DNA from: Desulfocapsa sulfexigens DSM 10523
GTDB lineage: Bacteria > Desulfobacterota > Desulfobulbia > Desulfobulbales > Desulfocapsaceae
Assembly: GCF_000341395.1 (NCBI RefSeq)
Contig: NC_020304.1
Span: 2,370,001 to 2,402,000, forward strand
Reading direction: 5' to 3'
DNA: 32,000 nt
Each line of letters starts with the position of its first letter. Positions within the stretch are counted from its first letter, which is position 1. The translations under genes and the position numbers were made by a program. Shown in pieces: positions 18,055 through 25,227 of this stretch. The notes under the pieces are model-generated. The model was not told the DNA's origin and searched no databases. It saw only the letters and a list, made by a program, of their open reading frames with translations.

Positions 18055-18903
18055 GTGAACATACGAAAAATCACATCCATGACCATGTTCGTTTCATTTA
18101 TACTGCTGGTTCTTACCTCAGTTATTCTCTATATCGTCCCCCAGGGGCGTATTGCTTATTGGGCGGACTGGCACTTATGGGGGCTTACCAAGGTGGAGTG
18201 GGGTAATCTTCATATAAATCTTGGTTTTCTCTTCCTTTTTGCCGGCCTCCTTCATATGTATTACAACTGGGCTCCCATAAAAGCCTATATGAAAAACAAA
18301 TCACGGGAGCTGAAAGTCTTCACTCCTTCCTTTAATGTGGCGGTGCTGATCAGCCTGGTTGTCGGTGTCGGAACCTATTTTGAGATTCCGCCAATGAGCA
18401 CGGTCATCAACTTTGGAGAATCCATTAAGGACAAGGCTGCAGAAACATACGGTGAACCACCCTATGGTCATGCTGAGCTCTCTTCTTTGAAGCTTTTCAC
18501 CAAGAAACAGAATCTGGATCTGGATGGAGCCATGGACCTTCTTCGTAAGGCTGGGGTACAGTTCAGTGATAGTTCTGATACTCTTGCGGTAATTGCTGCT
18601 GCCAATAAAATCAGTCCTCAGGCTGTTTATTCGGTAATAAAATCAGCTACGATGGAGATAGAAAGCACGGGAGCAGTAGATTTTCCCGATTCTCCAATGC
18701 CTGGTTTTGGTAACAAGACCCTTGCTGCTTTGTGCAGCGAGTATGATTTAATGTTTCAGCTTATACGCAGAGGGCTTGCCCAGAAAGGAGTGAAGGCCGA
18801 AGCTGAAATGACCATTAAAGAAATAGCAGCCGCTAATGATACAGAGCCAATGGCAATATTTGAAGTTCTTCATGAGATCGTGAATGAAAAGAAGGATATC
18901 TAA
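18055..18903 (+). CDS. Membrane protein with a DUF4405/cytochrome-b-like N-terminal domain (3 TM helices, conserved-looking His) and a duplicated soluble C-terminal domain
   Basis: GGGGAG SD 8 nt before the GTG. TM helices MTMFVSFILLVLTSVILYIV, LHINLGFLFLFAGLLHMYYNW and FNVAVLISLVVGVGTYF with His in WHLWG, NLHINLG and LLHMY. Two tandem repeats of about 55 aa share L..L...(G)V......IAAAN..P.A...V. Confidence 0.65.
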   Translation: MNIRKITSMTMFVSFILLVLTSVILYIVPQGRIAYWADWHLWGLTKVEWGNLHINLGFLFLFAGLLHMYYNWAPIKAYMKNKSRELKVFTPSFNVAVLISLVVGVGTYFEIPPMSTVINFGESIKDKAAETYGEPPYGHAELSSLKLFTKKQNLDLDGAMDLLRKAGVQFSDSSDTLAVIAAANKISPQAVYSVIKSATMEIESTGAVDFPDSPMPGFGNKTLAALCSEYDLMFQLIRRGLAQKGVKAEAEMTIKEIAAANDTEPMAIFEVLHEIVNEKKDI

Positions 18904-19480
18904 AAATGTGCTTAAACGTGTGATTGCCCTTGAGGCAGTTATACTTTTGATGACTTTTTTGATCGGAGTAGACCTAACGTATGCTCAGGATTTTCTTATT
19001 GGAAAAGTACTGAGTGTGGATGGGAATACAATCGAGATCGCTCCGGCTCCATCCTCTTTGGGAGCTACCGATGAAGCGGTATCCAGAGGAAAGACTGTTT
19101 TGGTAAAGATCGCGGAGATAAATGATTTACAGGATTCTTCCCAATCATCAGGCTTGCCCGGATGTGTCGTTGTGGGGGAGACGATTCGCCTGTGGGGAAA
19201 GCAGCTCGAAGCTGAGGCTAATACATTTATTGCCACTGACATCAGAGGTTGCAGGGGAGACGGTTGTTCTTCTGACCCAACCGGGGTTCGTGTAAGATTG
19301 TTACGGAGCAGGAAATACAGTCAATCCTTTTCTGAACATGATGATCGTAATACCGAGGGAGATGGTCACGCTGGTACCGGTAATGGGAGGGGCGGAAATG
19401 GTGGTAACGGAGGCAACGGCAACGGAGGTGGCAACGGTGGTGGTGGTGGCGGTGGCGGCGGGGGCGGGGGCGGCAGATGA
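18884..19480 (+). CDS. Secreted protein with a C-terminal Gly/Asn low-complexity tail
   Basis: Signal peptide (VIALEAVILLMTFLIGVDLTYA-QD). A beta-rich domain (GKVLSVDGNTIEIAP...TVLVKIAE...ETIRLWGK). A Cys cluster (GCRGDGCSS). The tail GNGRGGNGGNGGNGNGGGNGGGGGGGGGGGGGR. The stop overlaps the kinase ATG (ATGA, 19477-19480). An alternative in-frame GTG start at 18908 avoids the 20-nt overlap with the upstream gene. Confidence 0.6.
   Translation: MKRRISKNVLKRVIALEAVILLMTFLIGVDLTYAQDFLIGKVLSVDGNTIEIAPAPSSLGATDEAVSRGKTVLVKIAEINDLQDSSQSSGLPGCVVVGETIRLWGKQLEAEANTFIATDIRGCRGDGCSSDPTGVRVRLLRSRKYSQSFSEHDDRNTEGDGHAGTGNGRGGNGGNGGNGNGGGNGGGGGGGGGGGGGR
19379..19474 (+). repeat. In-frame GGN/AAY trinucleotide low-complexity tract of about 32 codons
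   Basis: Read directly: ggt aat ggg agg ggc gga aat ggt ggt aac gga ggc aac ggc aac gga ggt ggc aac ggt ggt ggt ggt ggc ggt ggc ggc ggg ggc ggg ggc ggc. Confidence 0.9.
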
Positions 19481-20994
19481 AGCTCTATCCAAGCTGGCGG
19501 ACAAACCTGTCTTTTTTTACACTGCTTATTGTGCTGGTCGGGGGGTATTTTTTAAGACAGACGCAACAGGCCTCCCATGAACTTCAGAAACATGCTCAGG
19601 ATCACTCGGAAATTCTAGCAGCAGTTGTTGAAGTAAACCTGCGCAATACCTTACTCTCCCAGAAGAGTCTTGAAGAAACGGTTGCAGCATCCCTCGAAAA
19701 CAGTGCTCGTTTTATCCATTACCTGGATATGGTTGAACCTTTTTCAAGTGCCGAATTGACCGCTTTTGCCATGGAATCTGGCTTTGCAGGGGTGAAAATT
19801 GTCCAGGCCGGGAGTAGTGAAGCCGTGAGTGGACCCTCCGGCTGGCTTCCCGAATGGAAATGCAGGCAATCAGGTGGACTGGAACGGCTCGGGGATGAAC
19901 AGCTTTATTTGTTTACATACCTTCCTGTCCCTGATTCCGGAAGTGTGCTGCAGGGAGATTGCGTGTTGGTTGGTCTTTCTTCCCGGACAATTGATGCCAC
20001 GCTTGATAAGATTTCCGTTGAGCGCCTCCTGAATATGTTCGAAAATATGTACGATATTGCCTATGTACGTTTTGAGGCTGACTCCGGTGTGCATCCCGTA
20101 TCACCAAAGGAGGTCTTAGAGACGGTTATTGCTATTGGTGATAAGCGGCTTATTGTCGCTTTGAAGACAGATCGTTTTGGTAAACGTCGCCAGCAGATGC
20201 AGCGAGAGTTTATGATTTTCCTCAGCTTTCTCATCCTTTTTGGTGCACTTTCCTCCTGGCTCCTTTATCGGATTCAGCGACAACGGTTGCAGCAGACGCG
20301 TGAGTTTGACAGGAAGATGGCGCGTCAGCACGAAGATGCGGCACTTGGCAGGGCAGCTGCAACCCTTACCCATGAACTCCGCAATCCTTTAAACGCCATT
20401 GGTATGGGATTGCAGCGTCTTCAGATCGAGGCTGCAACTCTTGATAAGGATCACAGCAAGCTCATTCGCAGTATGCTCAGCGCTGTTGATCGGTCTAATA
20501 CCATTATCACCAGACTGAAAGATTCCATCCACTCTTTTGAAATAACAAGAGATAAAATTGATATGGGGGTACTGGTCACTCAGGTAGTCACACTCTACCA
20601 GGCACAGTGTGAGCAGCAGAACATTACCGTAAGTATCAGCTGTGACAAGGATATGTGTCTTCGTGGTGATAGGGTTCTTCTTGAACAGCTTTTTGAGAAC
20701 CTTGTTAAAAATAGTGTGGAAGCACAACCCGATGGCGGATTTATAGATATTTCCATTCATTTGGCAGACGATACAACAGTCTGTCTTGTGGAGATTGTGA
20801 ATGGTGGTTTTTTACTGTCTCAGGACAAGAGTGGGCTGCTTTTTGAACCCTACTTTACCAGTAAAAGCAGAGGAACCGGCCTTGGTCTTGTTATCAGTAA
20901 CAAAATTGTTCGGGCACACGGGGGACAGCTTGACTGGGATGCTGATTATAACAAGCAGACTGTTCATTTTGTGGTCAGTCTGCCAACTTCTTAA
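19477..20994 (+). CDS. Sensor histidine kinase: two TM helices flanking a periplasmic domain of about 220 aa, then HisKA and HATPase_c
   Basis: TM1 LSFFTLLIVLVGGYFL and TM2 FMIFLSFLILFGALSSWLLY. H-box THELRNPLNAI. N-box ENLVKNSVEA. G-box SRGTGLGLVISNKIVRAHGG. Confidence 0.9.
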   Translation: MKLYPSWRTNLSFFTLLIVLVGGYFLRQTQQASHELQKHAQDHSEILAAVVEVNLRNTLLSQKSLEETVAASLENSARFIHYLDMVEPFSSAELTAFAMESGFAGVKIVQAGSSEAVSGPSGWLPEWKCRQSGGLERLGDEQLYLFTYLPVPDSGSVLQGDCVLVGLSSRTIDATLDKISVERLLNMFENMYDIAYVRFEADSGVHPVSPKEVLETVIAIGDKRLIVALKTDRFGKRRQQMQREFMIFLSFLILFGALSSWLLYRIQRQRLQQTREFDRKMARQHEDAALGRAAATLTHELRNPLNAIGMGLQRLQIEAATLDKDHSKLIRSMLSAVDRSNTIITRLKDSIHSFEITRDKIDMGVLVTQVVTLYQAQCEQQNITVSISCDKDMCLRGDRVLLEQLFENLVKNSVEAQPDGGFIDISIHLADDTTVCLVEIVNGGFLLSQDKSGLLFEPYFTSKSRGTGLGLVISNKIVRAHGGQLDWDADYNKQTVHFVVSLPTS

Positions 20995-21061
20995 CGTTTT
21001 TTTCGCAGATTTAACGAAGAATACAAAAAGCGGTGTACAAGCCGAAAGCACGTGAATTCCT

Positions 21062-22384
21062 ATGCTGATACTGATAGTCGATGATGAAATAACCCAGCGG
21101 GAAATGCTGCAGGGTTTTCTTGAAAAACAGGGTTTTAAAGTGCTGACCGCTGCAGGCGGCAATGAGGCATTGCGTATTTTCGAATCTGCTCCCGTGGAGC
21201 TGGTGCTGATGGATCACCGCATGGAGGACATGAATGGTGATGAGGTACTTGAACGGATGAGAGGCGCTTCCCCTCTGGTGCGGGCAATTATGATTACTGC
21301 CTACGGAGATGTGTCAACGGCCGTAAAAGTGATGCAGCTCGGTGCTGACGATTTTATGGAAAAACCCGTCGATCTTATGGATCTCCTGGCTAAAATCCGT
21401 AGAATTGAACAGGGCCTTATGGTTGAGAGGGAGTCTGGAAAGATAACAGAATCACTTGAGCAGATTGAATTGCCAATATCAATCATCGGTTCCAGTAAGC
21501 CCATGCAGGAGCTGCTGTCTCTTATTTATCGCGTCGCTCCAACGGAATGGGCTGCCTTGATTCACGGAGAAACCGGTACAGGAAAGGAACTGGTGGCAAG
21601 ACTTATACACCTGATGGGACCTCGGAAAAATGGCCCCTTTGTTGAGGTGAATTGTGCTGCAATCCCAGAAAATCTGTTTGAGTCAGAACTCTTTGGCCAT
21701 GAAAAGGGGGCATTTACCGGTGCTGCTTCACAGCGTCGTGGACGTTTTGAGCTTGCAGCTGGCGGAACACTCTTTCTTGATGAGGTGGGAGAGTTGCCCC
21801 TGCAGCTCCAGGCAAAACTCTTACGTGCGCTGCAGGAAAAGAAGGTGAGTCGTGTTGGTTCCGAAAAAGAGATCGAAGTTGATGCCAGGGTGCTTACTGC
21901 TACCAATAAGGATCTGCAACAGATGGTGAGTGAAGGTAGTTTTCGTGAAGATCTGTTTTTTCGTCTCAATGTTCTTGAATTACGCGTTCCCCCTCTGAGA
22001 GAACGTCGTGATGATATTGTGGAGCTGACAGAATATTTTCTTGGTAAATATGCAGTCAGCGACATTGGGTTCGGCACCGATGCCATGGCCCAGCTGGTGA
22101 AATATCCATTTCCTGGTAATGTGCGTGAGCTTGAACATCTCATTCAGCGTCTGGTTACTCTTGTCCGTGGATCTCGAATTGAAGTGATGGATCTTCCCAT
22201 GAGGGTACGTGAGGGCAAGAATACGGGAGGACTGCTCAGTGAGCGCCTGGCCGAGGTAGAAAAAGAGATGCTGATAGCAGCACTGGAGGAACACCAATGG
22301 GTTCAAACCAAGGCTGCGGATTCTTTGGGGATAAGTGAGCGTGTTCTGCGGTACAAGATGAATAAGGCAGGGATTAAAAAATAG
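21062..22384 (+). CDS. Sigma54-dependent response regulator (NtrC/ZraR/AtoC class: REC, AAA+, Fis-type HTH)
   Basis: REC domain (ILIVDDE...LVLMDHRMEDMNG...FMEKP). Walker A GETGTGKELVA. Sigma54-contact loop ESELFGHEKGAFTGA. Walker B LFLDEVGE. C-terminal HTH KAADSLGISERVLRYKMNK. Confidence 0.95.
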   Translation: MLILIVDDEITQREMLQGFLEKQGFKVLTAAGGNEALRIFESAPVELVLMDHRMEDMNGDEVLERMRGASPLVRAIMITAYGDVSTAVKVMQLGADDFMEKPVDLMDLLAKIRRIEQGLMVERESGKITESLEQIELPISIIGSSKPMQELLSLIYRVAPTEWAALIHGETGTGKELVARLIHLMGPRKNGPFVEVNCAAIPENLFESELFGHEKGAFTGAASQRRGRFELAAGGTLFLDEVGELPLQLQAKLLRALQEKKVSRVGSEKEIEVDARVLTATNKDLQQMVSEGSFREDLFFRLNVLELRVPPLRERRDDIVELTEYFLGKYAVSDIGFGTDAMAQLVKYPFPGNVRELEHLIQRLVTLVRGSRIEVMDLPMRVREGKNTGGLLSERLAEVEKEMLIAALEEHQWVQTKAADSLGISERVLRYKMNKAGIKK

Positions 22385-22545
22385 TGTTCTTGAATTTTTG
22401 AATTACCATTATTTCTAAAACATAAGCAATGTCTGGGAATCTCACCTTAAACCTGAAAATTTTTCGATAATGGAATTGTCTGGAAATATCTATTAATCAG
22501 TAATGCATACATACAACAATATTAAATAGACCTGCTCGATCATCT

Positions 22546-22560
22546 CCCCCCTCCCCCCCC
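22546..22560. repeat. Intergenic homopolymeric tract C6-T-C8
   Basis: Read directly: ccccccTcccccccc, inside the 590-nt ORF-poor gap between the sigma54 regulator and the HDOD kinase. Confidence 0.9.
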
Positions 22561-22975
22561 AATTCGTGATCTTTTGCAAAGAACTGAATGTCTTTTCGAA
22601 AAAACCATTTTGTTTATCCGCAACTATATATTGTTTACACTCATGTAATTCAATTCCTGGCCATGGAAAAACTCTTTTGTTTGATAATAACGATTTGATA
22701 TCGTTTTGTATTTTAAACCTTGTGTAAAAGCACAACGTTGTGATAACTTTCAAAACAAATAAAAGGAATGCTAACCATTTTCAAAGCTTATGCTTGCTTA
22801 CTTGTCAGTATCAAAAAAAGATCTGCCCTGCTTATTGATAAAAAAAATCGATTGTGGCGGAGTCTGATGATACTGTTCATTCCGGTATGAGAGGTCAGTA
22901 CCTCTGCAAGACAAAGTAGTATACTCTTCCCAACAATGAGGGAGGACGTAAATCAGCGTATAAAGAAATAACCAT

Positions 22976-25144
22976 ATGGACAATAAAAATCCGATTTATG
23001 CTCGTCTGCAAAAGTCTAAACATCTACCGTCTCTTCCTCAGGTATTGTTAAAGCTAGTTGAAACATGTGACAATGATGAGATGGCTCTCTCAGAGCTTTC
23101 TGAAATTATTAGTAAAGATGCATCCATTTGTTCCAGGGTGTTGACCCTTGTTAATTCTTCATACTTTAATTTGAACAGCACAGTCATAAATATTGATCAG
23201 GCTGTCGTGTATCTTGGCGCAGATACAATTAAAAATATCGCTATTACTGCCTCTGTCCAACAGATTTTTAACAAATTCAGGCAAAATGAACATCTTTCAA
23301 TGGAGAGGTTCTGGTGGAATTCATTGACCTCCGCCATTTATGCTAAAAGAATTGCCAAAGAGATTTGTTATGAGAATAGTGAAGAGGCCTACCTTGCGGG
23401 TCTAATTCACAATCTAGGTGAATTGTTGTTGTGGATGAATTTTCCTGAAGAGTGCATCGCTATTCAAAGTAAAAATAAGAATACAATTCTTCAATGCAGC
23501 AAAGAAGAGGAACAGATAGGGATTAATCATTGTGATGCCGGTGCCTGGCTGGTGAAACAATGGAAGTTGAACTCACTCATTGCCGATGCTGTCTTATATC
23601 ATCATACCTCTCTGGAACAGGTCAAAGGTAATCCCCCATTGGTGAAGATTGTTTGTTTAGCTGACCAATGCTGTCAGGCTGGAGAAGCCGGATCTGAAGA
23701 TCTCTATGAGGTAGGGCGCGAACTTTTTGACCTTGGATCTGAACAGGTCGCTGAAATCTGTGCAGGAGTCGAGGAGGAGACAAAAGAGGTTGCCGAAGGG
23801 CTTGGCATAAAGGTGTCTCCTCCATCAGAGAAGGCCAGTAAGCAGTTCTCAGAATCTAGAGGCCCTGAGCGTGATCTGCAGCAGCAGGTAAAAAATTATT
23901 CTCTGCTGCATGGCTTTCTTGAAAATTTGGTAGCAGCAGAGAACAGGGACGTCATTTTAAAAGCTATAGAGCAGGCTATCAATATTCTTTTTGATATTGA
24001 AACCGTATTCTTTTTTTTACACGACTTCGAACAACAACAATTGTATGGCAGAGCTTCGACCCTAAACCGTTATTCTGAGCAGTTGCAGAAGCTTATTTTT
24101 TCCACAGAACAGGGAAAAAGTCTTCTGGTAAAATCAATGCTTGAAAAACGGTCAATTTCCATCACGCAGAAAGCTGAATTCCAGATGGAGAGTCGTGTGG
24201 ATTCTCAACTGTTTGATCTAGTAGGTGGTAAAGGCATGCTGTATTTCCCAATGACTGCCCAGAACAGATCAGTTGGCGTGATGGTTTTCGGAGTCGATGG
24301 TTCAACCGGGAAAGAATTGCTGAATGAGTCGGAATACGATCTTGTCCAATTGTTGGCCAATCAGGCTGCAATGTCTCTTTATCTGGATGAAGTGAAAAGA
24401 AGGCACGCGGAAAAGATTCATGAAGCCCGTCTGGATGCAGCCTCCATGGCAGCTGCCAAAGTTGTCCATGAAGTTAATAATCCACTTGGTATTATTAGAA
24501 ATTACTTGAAAATTGTTGAGATGAAATTACCAGCAACGGGTGCACTGCAAGATGAATTCACTGTTCTGGATGAAGAAATAACTCGTATCTCAATGATTGT
24601 TCAGCAACTGGATGCCTTTTCAACCTCAAACAAACGTACTTACGAGTTGATTGACATCAATGACTTACTATCTGGGGTATTGAGTGTTCTTTCCAGATCC
24701 GTTTTTTACTCTTCCAATCTTCAGGTACACTTTATGCCGGATCCTGACCTGCCGGACATCATGGCGGATGCCGGAGCTATAAAACAAATTGCAATCAATC
24801 TACTTAAAAATGCTGCAGAGGCGATGACTGATGGTGGCAATGTGTATGTTGCTACCAGCTCACGTTGTATGGATGAATTTGCTGAATTCCACACAGCTGA
24901 TAAAAAAAGTCACTGTATCGAGCTCACAATTCGAGATGATGGCCCTGGAGTGTCTGAGAAGATACTGGGTCAGTTGTTTGATCCTTTTACCAGTACAAAG
25001 GGAAAAGGGCATTCGGGCCTGGGACTTTCTGTTGTTAATTCACTGGTGACAGAAATGAATGGAGTGGTGACGTGCAGGAGCAATAGAACAGATGGAACTC
25101 TTTTTTGTATTACTTTGCCAATAAGGCAAAACTCTGACAGTTAA
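22976..25144 (+). CDS. Cytoplasmic HDOD-GAF-like histidine kinase
   Basis: HDOD signature at the N-terminus (LPSLPQVLLKLVETC...LSEIISKDASICSRVLTLVNSSYFNL...AVVYLGADTIKNIA...AYLAGLIHNLGELLL). A central GAF-like region. H-box VHEVNNPLGII. N-box INLLKNAAEA. G-box GHSGLGLSVVNSLV. No TM segments. Confidence 0.85.
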   Translation: MDNKNPIYARLQKSKHLPSLPQVLLKLVETCDNDEMALSELSEIISKDASICSRVLTLVNSSYFNLNSTVINIDQAVVYLGADTIKNIAITASVQQIFNKFRQNEHLSMERFWWNSLTSAIYAKRIAKEICYENSEEAYLAGLIHNLGELLLWMNFPEECIAIQSKNKNTILQCSKEEEQIGINHCDAGAWLVKQWKLNSLIADAVLYHHTSLEQVKGNPPLVKIVCLADQCCQAGEAGSEDLYEVGRELFDLGSEQVAEICAGVEEETKEVAEGLGIKVSPPSEKASKQFSESRGPERDLQQQVKNYSLLHGFLENLVAAENRDVILKAIEQAINILFDIETVFFFLHDFEQQQLYGRASTLNRYSEQLQKLIFSTEQGKSLLVKSMLEKRSISITQKAEFQMESRVDSQLFDLVGGKGMLYFPMTAQNRSVGVMVFGVDGSTGKELLNESEYDLVQLLANQAAMSLYLDEVKRRHAEKIHEARLDAASMAAAKVVHEVNNPLGIIRNYLKIVEMKLPATGALQDEFTVLDEEITRISMIVQQLDAFSTSNKRTYELIDINDLLSGVLSVLSRSVFYSSNLQVHFMPDPDLPDIMADAGAIKQIAINLLKNAAEAMTDGGNVYVATSSRCMDEFAEFHTADKKSHCIELTIRDDGPGVSEKILGQLFDPFTSTKGKGHSGLGLSVVNSLVTEMNGVVTCRSNRTDGTLFCITLPIRQNSDS

Positions 25145-25227
25145 TTTATGTGCATTGCGTTTTAGACACTCAAAACTTCAGGAACTGGGGCGGGTGTTGT
25201 TTTCTATACAGTACAAAAGGTGTCAAG

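Noticed and set aside
19301-19580. ORFs 19301-19504 (-) and 19338-19580 (+) rich in Ala, Thr and Val
   Set aside because: They are alternative-frame and antisense readings of the GGN triplet tract, so their openness is a by-product of the repeat.
21562-22143. 193-aa minus-strand ORF inside the sigma54 activator gene
   Set aside because: Ser/Arg-rich antisense translation of a well-supported AAA+ domain, with no motifs, so it is a shadow ORF.
22493-22983. Two minus-strand ORFs (86 aa and 61 aa) in the 590-nt gap
   Set aside because: There are no SD sequences and the composition is implausible. One merely translates the poly-C tract. The other overlaps the HDOD kinase start. I treat the region as non-coding.
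25150-25227. Upstream extension (MHCVLDTQNF...) of the hybrid kinase ORF
   Set aside because: The receiver domain begins right after the ATG at 25228 (MNDSARILLVDD), which has an AAGG SD-like element. The extension has no domain content.
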